DNA of 64,000 bases from Cyanophora paradoxa CCMP329 (taxonomy: Eukaryota; Plantae; Glaucophyta). The notes under the pieces are model-generated. The model ran no database searches and was not told where the DNA came from. It worked only from the letters and a program-made list of their open reading frames with translations. The DNA is taken from contig QPMI01000400.1 of the NCBI GenBank assembly GCA_004431415.1, positions 186,001-250,000 on the forward strand, written 5' to 3'. The position numbers and the translations under genes were made by a program. Positions within the stretch are counted from its first letter, which is position 1, and every line of letters begins with the position of its first letter. This document shows positions 26,801-38,338 of the stretch, in pieces.

Positions 26801-29312
26801 CTTCGGCAAGGTGGACGTGCCGGCGCAGTACGTGAGCGCGCAGCTCGTCACCTGCCAGGCCCCCTCCGCCTCCTCCACCGGCCTCGTCCTCCTCGGCCTC
26901 ACCATCAACGGCCAGACCTTCGACGTCGCCCCCGTGCGCTCCCCCCTCCCCTCTTTCCGCACCCACTCCCGCACTCCCTCACGTGCTCCGCCCCCTCAGA
27001 TCGCCTACTACTACTGTGCGCCTTGAGCGGCCGTCCTCGCGTGAAATACCCGGTCTCTGATGCGCGCGCCGGCAGACTACAACCAGGTGGACGTGCAGGA
27101 GATCACGCCCAAGTCGGCGCCGGCGACCGGCTGCGCGGTTGTCACCGCCTCCTCCTCGCTGATCGCGGAGGCGGTCGGCCCGATCGCCCGCTACGCGAGC
27201 TTCCTCAACCCCGCCTGCCGCCTCCTCATCAACGGCGCCCCCGTCGCCGACAAGGAGGCCACCGTCGACTCCGCCGGTCCGCCCCCGCACCGCCCCCGCC
27301 TGGCGTGGCCGCGGGCCGGGGCCGACGGGGGGGGCAGGGACGGTGAAGTGCAACGTGCCCACCGTCAACTCGTACGTGCGGGCGGAGAACAACATCGCCC
27401 GCCTCGAGGTCGCCCTCAACGGCCAGGACTTCTCCACCTCCAACCGGTCCGCCCCGCCCCGCCCCGCCCCCCTCCACCCCTCGCCGCCTCCCGGAGCGAG
27501 CGGGCGGCGGCAGGGAGCTGAAGCTGTACGACGTGACTGACGTGGAGCCCAAGACGGGCACCGTCGAGGGGAACGCCCCCATCACCGTGCGCTCTGCCCT
27601 CGCCCCGCCCCGGCCCCCGCCCCGCCTCAAGCCGCCGGCACCGCAGGCGGTCGGCTACGGGTTCATGCCGCCGACGCCGCTGACGAAGCTGCGGTGCATG
27701 GTGGGCGGCGTCGAGGTCTACAGCGAGGTCCGCGACGACCAGCACGTCGTCTGCGTCGCCCCGCCCGGTGCGCCCGCTGCTGCGCCCCGGACGGCAACCC
27801 GAGGCCCCAGGCCTGACGCCGCCGGCCGCGCGCCGCCAGGCTCCCACGGCGACGTGCACAAGATCCAGATCGCGGCGAACGGCAACGACTACACCGGCGT
27901 CGACTGCGCCCCGCAGGCCCCCCCGCCGCCGCCTCCCCCGCCCAGGGAGGAGGAGGACAGCAGCTACAGGACGCGCTCCGTCGTCTCCTACGCGAGTGCG
28001 CGGCCCGAAGCGCCGCGCGGCCCGGCGCCTCGGGGGCGCCGCCTGACGGGCCGGCCGCGCAGCGCCGAACGTGACCTCTGTCTTCCCCGACTTCGCGCCC
28101 ATGTCCGGCTCCGTCGGCGTCACCGTCACCGGCTCCAACTTCGGCCCGACCGTCGTCCGCCCCGCCCGCCCCGCCCGCCGCCTCGTCGCCCCCCCGCCCG
28201 CCGACGCTCCGCCGCGCGGCGCAGGACGAGATGATGTGCCTCTTCGGTAGCGCGGCGACCAAGGCGGTGCGGCTGATCGACAGCAGCAACGTGGTGTGCA
28301 AGGCGCCGGCGGCGCAGGAGGTCGGCACCGTCCCCGTGCGCGTCTCGAACAACGCGGGGGCCTCGTTCACGTCGAACTACGCCAACTTCGACTACTACGC
28401 GACGCCGGTGGTGCTCGCCGCGAACCCGACCTCGGTGACCCCCGGCATGACCGTCGACGTCACCGGCTCGGGCCTCCTGCCCGTGAGCATGAAGATGCGG
28501 GCCATCCCCAAGTGCCGCTTCTCGGACCTCATCTCGGAGGGGAGCATGGTCTCCGACACCCTCTTCCGCTGCACCGTCCCCGCCGTCGACGAGGGCGACC
28601 ACGCCGTCTCCATCTCCCACAACGGCGTCGACTTCATCGGCAACGTCGGCGTCTACTCCTCCGCCTGTCCGCCCCGCCCCCGCCGCCAGCGCCCCCCCGC
28701 CCGTCCCCTGACCCCGGGGGGCGGCCGCAGCCGGCAAGAGGAACGTCGTGCCCCTCATCATCTTCCTCATCATCATGTTCGCCCTCCTCGGCCTCTGCGC
28801 CTACGGCGCCTGGTACGCTCGCGCCCTCCGCCCCCGCCGCCCCGCCCGCCCGCGCAACGGCCCGCCGACGCGGCCGCCCCCGCGCGCCGCGCAGGGTGTA
28901 CTGGCAGAAGAACAGGCAGCCCAAGTTCATCATGGAGGAGACGCCGTACCGGCCCCCGCCGCCTCCGATGGCGCCGCAGCCGTCCGTGCCGCACCGCTCC
29001 TCGCTGGGGGTCGCCGGCACGGCCACGGCTCCCTCCTCGCGCCGCTTCGACTTCGGGGTGATGGGCACCGTGGACAACCGCGCCTCGCTCCTCGCCCCGG
29101 CGCAGCCCCGCTCGGACACGTACACAGCGGGGACCTACTACTCCCAGGCGAGCCGCCGCCCGCCCCGCCCCGCCCCGCCCCGCCCCGCCCCGCCCCGCCT
29201 GAGTCGGGGGCAGAACACGGGGATGACGGCGACGACGGCGACGGGCGTCGAGGCCTCCTACCGCTCCGTCCAGGCCTCCTACCGCCCCGTCCAGAGCACC
29301 TACCGGATATAA
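20829..29312 (+). CDS. Large type I membrane protein with about 17 IPT/TIG repeats
   Basis: Signal peptide MKKNRAAVALLCLLALAVT. Repeated P..GP..GGT.VTV.G..F....L.C.FG.......C..P......VEVSLNG.DF units. TM helix VVPLIIFLIIMFALLGLCAYGAWVYW. Pro/Tyr-rich cytoplasmic tail ending ...QSTYRI-TAA at 29312. Confidence 0.9.
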
Positions 29313-29678
29313 CCCGCGCCCCGCCTCCTCCCTCTTCTCCCCTCCCGCCCCCTTCCCTCGCCCCTCCACGAGTGACCCAGCCCAGAAGAACCAGCAATAG
29401 CGTTTTAGTTAACGTAGTCGCTTCCAGGAACCGTATCAATGCATCATCTAGTCTTCGGAATTGGTCGTCTGCGCCCGGCGAAAGCCAGCGGGCCGAGCGC
29501 TGGCGCCAGCCCCCGCGGCGCGCACGCATACGTTTTGCATGGCCGGGGCCGGCCCTATGTTCACAGCGCGCGCATTGATATTGAGTGCGCTGCGCTGCAC
29601 AAGCGCGCTAGTCAGAGCCAGATCGCCGCGCTCGCGGCAGCGGTGCTTAAGCTTGCCAATTTGGTCGGCTCGGCTCAC

Positions 29679-30119
29679 CTTCATCAGGCGGCCCGCGAGC
29701 GTACCCCCGCACTGGAAAAAGTCCGAAAAGCAGCCGCTGGGCCGGCGCTGGCGCAATGGGAGGCGGGTCGAGGTTCGGCCGTGCCGAGCGTGTCGAGCGC
29801 GGCGTCTTGACCTTGCCCGCAGTCGAAGACGCAGCCCGCCGCCTCCGCCGCCGCCTCCGCCACGGCCGCCGCCCCCGCCGCCTGCTCCGTGAGTTTTATT
29901 GTGCCCCGCTTCTTTGTGCGAGCGCTGATTGATCTTCAGCCCCACTATCCCGCCGCCGCCTGTCGTTGTTTCCAAGCCGCCCGGTACGCGCCGCGGCGAC
30001 CGGCTGTCCGCCCAAGCCTCGCGACTGACACGAACCACAGTACCACAAGGACCAGTGTATCCTCCAATGCGAATAGCGCCGGAGCAAGTCCAGACATATC
30101 CAGACGGCAGGGGATGGTG
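29679..30119 (+). repeat. Left arm of a ~440-bp inverted repeat (partner 35172-35623)
   Basis: cttcatcaggcggcccgc...ggatggtg matches the reverse complement of 35172-35623 almost base for base, including upstream DNA and introns. Confidence 0.92.
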
Positions 30120-32550
30120 CGCCGCGCTGCCGCTGCGCTACCGGCGCTGCCCGCCGGCTTCAGATGTGTTGCTTACTCGCAAGGCACGCAGGTTCACGGA
30201 GGGTCAGCGGCGCCCGCTCTCCGAGGCTCGCGCGTGCAGGGGGCGCGGCTGACGGGCGGGGCGCGGCAGGGGGCCCGAAGTACGGCACGCGGGAGGTCGT
30301 CAAGATCATCCGCAAGGTCCTCGGCGACAAGGCCGACCCGCCCACGAAGCTCAGTGCGCCGCCCCGCCGCCGCGCCGCCCGCCGCCGCGAGCGGGGCCCG
30401 GGGCGGCGGCAGGCGGGGACAGCGGGATCGACCAGAAGGCGCTGAAAATCCCCGAGGCGGTGCAGCGCTACACGAAGGCCCTCTGCCACGGCACGCCGCG
30501 CTTCGGCACCAAGAGCGCCAGCGGCCTGCACGGGAAGTGCGCACCGGGGTGGGGGCGGGAGGGGCTCGGTGTGGGGGCCGAGGGCGGGCGGCAGGTGCAT
30601 GGCGACGGGGACGGACCTCTCCAAGTCGAAGGACTTCCAGGTCAAGATGGACCGCTTCAAGTTCCTCAAGGCACGCCCCCCCCACCCCCGCCCCGCCCCG
30701 CCCCACCCCGCCCCGCCCCGCCCCGCCCCACCCTGACGCCGGGCCCCACGCAGATCGCCAAGGACCTCAGTGCGCCGGCCGGCCTGCCTGTAACTCCTGC
30801 GCGGGGCGGAGGGGGCTGACTTGCGGGGGCGGGCAGAGGAGAAGCCGGGGCAGGTGATCATCGCTGAGTCGGACAACTCGTCGGGCGTCGCGCAGGTACC
30901 GCGCCCCGCCCCGCCCCGCGCCAAGGCGCTACGTGTCAAGCCGGGCGCAGCTGGAGCGTGTGACGAGGGAGGCGACGATCAAGGACACGCACTCCATGAA
31001 GACGCACTCCACGTGCGCCCCCGCCCCGCCCCGCCCCCGCCGCCGTGCGGGGCTCGGGGCGAGGCGGCGGGGGCGGGGCCAGGATCGAGACGGGGGTGAA
31101 CGCGGTGGTGGAGGGGGAGGTCTCTGTCTCCGTCGTCTCCGTCACCGCCCGCGCCGAGACGAACCTCAAGGCCCGCCCCGCCCCGCCCCGGGCCCCGGGG
31201 CCGCGCCTGAGGCCGGGGGCGGGGGCAGGTGAACTTCAGCTCGAGCAAGGAGCAGAAGTTCGAGAAGAGCAGCACCATCACCCTTGAGAAGGACGTCAAG
31301 GTCCCCGCCTTCGGCCACGCCGGTGCGCCCGCCCCGCCCCGCCCCGCAACCCGCAGGGCGCCGAGGGGACCCCCCCGGCGCAGACGTGATCTGGACGATC
31401 AACGAGGGGCAGTCGGACCTGCCCTGGGAGGCCCGCTTCGGCATTGAGGGCAGCTACAACCTCTTCTATTGGTCCGCCCCGCCCCGCCCCGCCCCGCCCC
31501 GTCGAGCTCCCGCGCGCCCCGGGGCCGACGCCGGCTGGGGGCCAGGGTGCCGCCGGGGGACCGGATGCTGGTGAGCATGTGCGCGACGGCGCTGGAGGCC
31601 TTCTTCGAGCAGGGCGTCCTCTACAAGGAGGGCTTCGAGGAGGTCCCCGACTACCTCCAGAAGTGCGGCCTGCACGTCATCCGCATCCCCGTCTGCGAGG
31701 CCCTCGCCTGGGGCGGCAAGGTGCAGCACCGCCCCGGCCTCGCGCGCCCCAGCCCGCCTCAGCCCGCCGGCCGCAGGTCTCGGAGCACGAGAAGGGCTTC
31801 TCGAAGTGCTACTGGAAGACGACGGGGACCTACCACGGCGTCCAGTCCACCTCCTGGAAGTCCCAGGTCGAGGTGCCCGCCCCGCTCAGCCCCCGCCTCC
31901 CGCCGGCGCCGCCCACGCGGCGGGCGGGGCAGACGCGGCCGGTGTCGCGGGAGCTGGACGACTGGCAGCTGGCGCTCTACCGCGGGCAGGCGCTGAGCCC
32001 GCACATCGCCTTCGTCGACGGCGCCCAGGAGGGCCTCGACCAGCTCGTGCGCCCCCCGCCCCCGCCGCGCCGCGCGCGCGCGCCGAGGGCGCGCCGGGCG
32101 GCAGCGGGAGCACTACAAGGTGGCGGCGCGGGAGCGGCACGCGGCGGAGCTGAAGCGCAAGGCGGGCGACGAGGCGGCGGCGCGCAAGGCGAAGGAGGCC
32201 CCCGCGCCGGCGCCGGCGGAGAAGGAGGGCGAGGAGGGCGGGGAGGAGGCGGCGGAGCCCGCCAAGCAGCTCGACGCGGAGCCCGGCGTGGTGCGCCCCC
32301 GCCCCGCGCCCCCGCGCGCTCGCCAAAGGCAGAGGGCCCACGCGGCGGCGGCGGCGGCAGGTGCCGTACGCCGCGTGGCTCGCCGAGGCGGGGGCGGGGA
32401 CGAGGCGGGGCGGAGGGGCCCGAGGGGGACGCGGGGGACGTGGCGGAGGGCGGGGCGGCGTGCGGGGCGGAGGGCGCGGCGGAGGCCTTCGTCTTTGCCG
32501 GCGACCTCCACCCGCAGGCCGCCCCGCAGCCCCTCGGCCCCCTCCTCTGA
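29756..32550 (+). CDS. Aerolysin/ETX-MTX2-like beta pore-forming protein A, with predicted N-myristoylated polyproline N-terminus
   Basis: Spliced: MGGGSSRRRSPPPPPPPPPRPPPPPPAPP...DFQVKMDRFKF...SDNSSGVAQLERVTREATIKDTHSMKTHSTIETGVNAVVEGEVSVSVVSVTARAETNLKVNFSSSKEQKFEKSSTITLEKDVKVPAFGHADVIWTINEGQSDLPWEARF...TTGTYHGVQSTSWKSQVE. The acidic tail is reached only via an apparent indel near 32390-32410. Confidence 0.75.
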
Positions 32551-32700
32551 GCCCTGCCCGCCCCTCCCCGCTCGCCTCCTGCGTTCGTGACTGCTAGCCA
32601 TCTCTTAGCGAATACATGTACACCGGTGAAGCTGCAGAGCGCGGCGCTGCAGCACACTGCACTACCCTACGCTGCGGCGGGCCCCGCGGGGGCGCGGGGC

Positions 32701-32858
32701 TCAGCTGTCGGCCCCCGCGAAGAAGAAGTCGCCGCAGCCGTCGCCCTCGAGGGCCCCCGCGCCCTCCGCCAGCGCCTCCGCGACCCCCAGGCCCCCCTCC
32801 CCCAGCCCCGCCTCCGCCCCGCCGCCTCCCCCGCCCCCACCGCCCCGCCGGCAGCTCG

Positions 32859-32893
<35 letters not shown>

Positions 32894-35546
32894 GTAGGGG
32901 ACCTGCGGGGGTCAGGGGCGGGCGTCGCGGGGCGGGGGCGGGGGCGGGGCCGGGCGCACGAGGTCGAGGTGGTGGGAGGGCGCCGGGGCGCCCAGCGCGT
33001 GCGCGTGCGCCACGCGCGCCGCCTCCCGCTCCAAGGCCGCCCGCGCCTCCGCGCCCCTGTGCCCCCCGCCGTACTTGGCGGCCCGCGGCGTGTACCGCTC
33101 CTCAAAGAGGCGGCCGGCGGGGAGCTTGAGGCGCCCGGCCGCGTGGGAGGCGGCCGGCTGGTCGGGCCCGTCGGCGCCGCCGTCGCCGTCGTCGCCGTCG
33201 AGCTGCTGGTCGTCGTGGTCGAGGCGGGCGCGCCCGGCGAGCTTCGTCAGCCGATCCTCCAGCTTCTTGTCGTACAGGTCCTTCTGCTCCCCGCCCCGCC
33301 CAGCTCGCACCGGCCCCGCGCGGCGAGCGGCGCGGGCGGGGCCGGGGAGGCGCACGAGCTGGTCGAGGCCGGCGCGGCCGTTGGGCCCGAACTGCAGGTT
33401 TGGCTCCAGCGTCTGCCCGCGGTACAGCGCCAGCTGCCAGTCCGCCAGCTTCGCGCTCATTGGCCGCGTCTGCCCCGCCCGCCGCGTGAGGCCGGCAGCG
33501 GGGCGAAAGGAGGGGGCAGGGAAAGGGGGGTACGCGCCTCGACCTGGGACTTCCAGGAGGTGGACTTGACGCCCTTGTACTTGCCGGTGGTCTCGAAGTA
33601 GCACTTGGAGAAGTCCTTCTCCCAGTCCTTGACCTTGTTGTTCCAGACGAGGGCCTCACAGACGGGGATGCGGATGACGTGCAGGCCGCACTTCTGGAGG
33701 TAGTCGGGGACGACGTTCTCGAAGCCCTCCTTGTAGATGACGCCCTGGCGGAAGAAGGCCTCCAGCGCCGAGGCGCAGGCGTTGACGAGGAGGCGGTCCC
33801 CCGGCGGCTCCCACACGAACATGTTGTACTTGCCGCTGATCGCGAAGCGCGCCGTCCACGGCAGGTCCGCCTGCCCCTCGTTGATCGTCCAGATCACGTC
33901 TGCGCCCCGCCGCATCGCATCGGCTCGGCTCGGCTCGGCTCGGACCGGATAGAGGCGGGGGGCGGACCGGCGTGGCCGAAGGGGGGTATGCGGACTTCCT
34001 TGGAGAGCTTCATGATGTAGCTCTTCTCGAAGGACTGCTCGTTGGTCCCCGAGAAGTTGACGTTCATGTACGCCTCCGCCTTCACCGAGGCGCCCCCCAC
34101 GGGCGTCTTGATCCGCGCCTCCGCCCGCACGCTCGCCCCCGTGTCGATCCTGCCGTCCCGCACCGCCCCGCCCCGCGTCGGCGGGGGCACGCGGGGCGGG
34201 CGGGGCGGGCGCGCACGCGTAGTCGCTCTGCATGCTCTCCGTGTCGCGGATGATCGCCTCCTTCGAGACGACCTCCGTCTGCCGCACCCCGCGCGCCGTC
34301 GGCCCTCGCGCCCGGGCGGGGATCCGGGCGTGGCGGGGCGCGGGGCACCTGGATGCCGGGCGAGTCGTTGTCGGCGTCCGCCGAAATCACCTGCCCCGGC
34401 CGCTCGTCTGCCGTCCCCCGCGCCCCGTCAGCCCCCGCCGCTGCCGCCCCGTGCCGGGCGCTCGGCCGCCGGGCGCACTCAGGTTCTTGTCAACCTGCGG
34501 GCGGCGCCGGGGGTGAGATGGCGGGGCGGGGCGGGGCGGGGCGGGGCGGGGCGGGCGGGGCGGGCGGGGCGGGCGCGCCTTGCCGTACTTGAAGTCGCTG
34601 AGCTCGATCTTGAAGTCGGGGCCTTCGCGAGGTCCGTGCCCGACACGACGCACTTGGCCTTGACCACGCGGCCGCCCTCCTTCATCCCGTGCCGGGGCGC
34701 CCCCTGGCACAGCGCCTTCGTGTACCGCGCCACCACGTCCGGGATCTGCGCCCCGCCGCCCCGCCCCTCAGCCGCCCCGCCGCCCGCCCCCGGCCCCCGC
34801 CCGGCCCCGCATCGCCCGCACCCTGAGGACCTTCTCGTTGCTCGCCACTTCCTTGTCGCCCACTGCGGCGGGGCGCGCGATCAGCAGGCGCCGGGCGCGC
34901 GCCGGCGGCCGGCGCAGCGCGGGGCGCGCCCTTGGAGGCCATGTTGACGCCGGCGGGCCCGAGCACCTCCCGAATGATCTTCAGCACCTCCTTCTGCCCG
35001 TACTTGGGCGACCCTGCCCCGCCCCCGTCAGCCCCCAGCTCCCCGCGCTGCGCATCGCTTCCCGAGAGGGCCCTCCGCTGATATACACGCACCGACAGTG
35101 TACCTGAGCAACGGCACACGCTTAGCACTCCGGGCGCCCACGCGGAGGCAGCAAGCGGGCATGCCCGTGCTCACCATCCTTTGCCGTCAGGGTAGACTTG
35201 CCGGTTTGGCTCTGGCGCCACTGTCATGGGAGGATATGTTGGCCCTTGTGGTACTGAGCTCCGCGTCAGTCGCACGCCGGGCTGTCGAAGGCGGACAGAC
35301 TGCGGCGCACCGGGCGGCTTGGAAACAACGACAGGCCGCGGCGGGATAACAGGGCTGAAGGTCGAATCAGCGCTCGCACAAAGATGCGGGGCAAAGTGGA
35401 ACTCACGGAGCAGGCGGCGGGGGCGGCGGCCGTGGCGGAGGCGGCGGCGGAGGCGGCGGGCTGCGTCTTCGACTGCGGGCACGGTACGGGTCAAGACGCC
35501 GCGCTCGACACGCTCGGCACGGGCCGAACCTCGACCCGCCTCCCAT
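32701..35546 (-). CDS. Aerolysin/ETX-MTX2-like beta pore-forming protein B, paralogue of A
   Basis: Same MGGGSSRRRSP(n) start (ATG at 35546). Core: DADNDSPGIQ...IDTGASVRAEARIKTPVGGASVKAEAYMNVNFSGTNEQSFEKSYIMKLSKEVRIPPFGHADVIWTINEGQADLPWTARF...TTGKYKGVKSTSWKSQVE. There are apparent 1-nt deletions in G/C runs at about 34618-34621 and 32820-32850. Confidence 0.72.
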
Positions 35547-35623
35547 CGCGCCAGCGCCGGCCCAGCGGCTGTTTTTCGGACTTTTTCCAGTGCGGGGGTA
35601 CGCCCGCGGGCCGCCTGATGAAG
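35172..35623 (-). repeat. Right arm of the inverted repeat (partner 29679-30119)
   Basis: Reverse complement matches 29679-30119. Confidence 0.92.
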
Positions 35624-35947
35624 ACCGTCGACCGGTACCAGGCTGCCGATGCAACGAGCACCGATGCCGCTATAGCTAGCGCTTCGATCTGGCCTCAAAC
35701 TCTCTCTCGCGCCGGTAGAGCGAAGTTAGCATGCGAGGCCGCGGTGCACGCGATCGCATGCGCGAGCTCTAGATCTGGGCCGCGGCCGCGGCGCCGGCCG
35801 CGGCGCCGTCGATGTCTATTGGCGAGGCTAGTTTTGCAGCTGGCCAGTGAAGCCGTGCGGGAGCGCGGTATACGTAATTTACGTTCTCGCAGCCGAGGAC
35901 AGACGCACAGTTATAATTACGTGCCACGCGAGGGCGGCGGCTCGTGC

Positions 35948-37809
35948 TCAGAGGGCGAGGGGGAAGGGGGCGATCTCGGCGTCGAAGTAGCGCTCCGGGT
36001 CCTCGTCCGGCACGCTGCGGGCGCCGGCGGCGTCAGGAGCGTGCGGGGGCCGCGCCGGGAGGCGCGCGCGCTCGCCTGTGGTTGATGAAGTTGTAGGAGC
36101 CGCGCATGGAGCCGCGCTCGCCCCGCAGCGGGCACGCGCTCACGTACTCGAAGCGCCCGCCCCGCGGCTCCAGGCACGGCGTCTCCCCGACCACCCCGGG
36201 GCCCCGCACCTGCCCCCGTCCCCCGCGTCAGTGCCGGCGGGCCCCGGCGACGCGGCGGGTGCGGGGCGCGGGTGCGGGCCTCCTCGATCTCGCCGTTCGT
36301 GTCGGTGATTTGCCAGTAGCGCCGGAGCAGCTGCACGCGGTCCGTCGGATCTGCCCGTCCATGTCAGCGGCGCGGCGCGGGGGGGCCGCGGGGCGGGAGC
36401 GGGGCGCGCGGCGCACGATTGTTGGCGATGCGGATGCGATAGGCCCCTGTCCGAATTTATTTTTAGCGGGGCCGCACAGCCGAATTACGCGGAGCGCTCC
36501 GAATTAGCGGGGCCGCACAGAAGTACTGCATGCCGGGGCGCGAGCGCTCCGGGACGAAGAGGGTGTGGACGACGACCTCGACGCCCCGCGTCGTCGCGCG
36601 GCTCCCGAAGCGGAAGAGGTCGATGCCCGAGGGGGTCACGTCGTACCGCCCGGCCTCGAGCTCGCCGAGGAACTTGTCGAACCAGGCGGAGAAGCTGGGG
36701 GCGAGCGGCAGCAGCATCCCCTCCCGGAAGAAGGGCATCACGACGGAGCCGACCGGCCTGCGGGGGCCTCAGGCGCCCCCCGGGCCCGGCACGGGCACGG
36801 TCGCCCCGCCCCGGCGCACTGCGGGTTGCTCGGTTTCCGACTCTCGATCTGCTGCTGCGTCGACTCCAGCATGACGGCCAGCGGGAAGCGGTCAAACGGA
36901 GCGCCGGCCGGGCACGCGAACGGAAGGACGCAGCCGTAGTTCAGCGCGACGCTGCGGGATGCGCTCGGGCGGTGAGGCGGGAGCAAAGCGCAGGAGCAGC
37001 GCGCCACTCACAGGCGGTCGTAGCACGACTGCAGGAGGGGGCGGGGGAGGAAGCAGTACCCTCCGGCGAGGGCCCCGTCGTGAGCCGAGTCCTCGCCGTC
37101 GCGCGTGAAACTCTGTTGCCCACGCTCATTTAGGAGGGGCCGAGGAAATTCAGCCAGCGAGGAGGGACCGCGACGGCCCGCGCACCTGGCCTCCGACAAT
37201 CATGAGGGAGTGCTTCAAGTCGCGCGGCAGCCGCCCCTGTGCGGTCCTTTCCATTGCAGCGACTTCTTCAGGACTGCAGGGTGGGAGGAGCGTGCCCTGC
37301 GCACTCGCAGGTTCAGGCGCTCGATGGTTCGCAAGCGACATCAGACCCACCAGGACGTGCGACGCCTTATTGAGCTGGAGCCAGGTCCGCAGGCGAGTCC
37401 AGAGCGATAGAACCCTTCTGTACGTCTGGCAGTCTCCCTCGAACTGCACAAAGAGTGCCTTGCTGCGGTGTCGGCGGCATCAGGCGTCCGTGAGGCCCTT
37501 GGGCGGCCGGCGCGCGACGCACTAGGATTCCCGGAACGACGCGGCGCGAAGCTGATCCGTACACCTGCATGCGCGCATGACAGCGTATGAGCGGGCGTAT
37601 GCAATGATTTGGCGGCGTCGCATTGCAACGGCAGCTCCGACACAGCTAGCTCACCAATCGCGTTCGTGCAGCTGCTTCCAAAGCGGATCGCAGGAGGAAG
37701 CAGCTGCGAGGACGTGGAATCGACGGCAGGTCGAGCTCAGATTCAGCACATCCTTCACGCCAAGCGACAGTGCGACGTGCAAGACGAGCTCGTCGGGAAG
37801 CGCCTCCAT
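35948..37809 (-). CDS. F-box + SMI1/KNR4 + ApaG protein (FBXO3/SKIP16-like)
   Basis: F-box MEALPDELVLHVALSLGVKDVLNLSSTCRRF. SMI1/KNR4-like LLPPCSPEEVAAMERTAQGRLPRDLKHSLMIVGGQ. ApaG ATTRGVEVVV..., [38 protein letters not shown]...GSMRGSY, FDAEIAPFPL*. Confidence 0.9.
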
Positions 37810-38140
37810 TAGCTGTGTTTACAATTTACGTATACACGGCCTCGCCGCTGTCACGCTGTACTCCCCTCCAAATCGATCCCCTCAGACTCGACCCCCCTCA
37901 GACCTCAAGTGTGCCACGTGCACGGAGCGCGCGCTTCGACCAGGGTCGTTGTGCACTCACTACTGAAACAGGGACGGCGCGCGGGAGGGCAGAGCTGCAG
38001 GCCGTGAGGGGGCGGGGCGGCTACAAGAACTAATCGAAGCGGCGCAGGGGCGGACTACAGCTTGTCGCCCCCGTAGGTAGCACTAGACCCAGCTAGCTCT
38101 TTGCGATGTCCGCAGCTAGCATGCCTGTGTTATCAATGCG

Positions 38141-38300
38141 CTACAAGAACTTCATGGCCTCGCGCAGGATCAGATCGAGCTGCTTCGCGATCGCGTTCCG
38201 GTTGCTGCCGAACATCTTCACGAAGGTCTTGTCGTCCTTCTTCCGCTCGTACACCGCCTTCAGCTGCGCTCCCCCGGCGTGAGGGGCGGCCGAGCCGCGT

Positions 38301-38338
<38 letters not shown>

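Noticed and set aside
29160-29200. (CCCCG)n arrays as CRISPR, telomeric or satellite repeats
   Set aside because: They are short, confined to introns and have no spacers or cas genes. They are part of the intron C-rich pattern.
30115-30165. Apparent in-frame TGA (recoding) if the acceptor at 30163 is used
   Set aside because: The acceptor at 30191 restores Trp and matches paralogue B.
34615-34625. Frameshifts in PFT B and in both PFT tails, read as pseudogenisation or programmed frameshifting
   Set aside because: All fall in G/C homopolymer runs, typical of long-read errors, and the flanking sequence stays conserved. This cannot be settled without reads.
29679-35623. Inverted repeats as transposon TIRs
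   Set aside because: The arms consist of the genes' own upstream region and first exons. No transposase or target-site duplication is seen.
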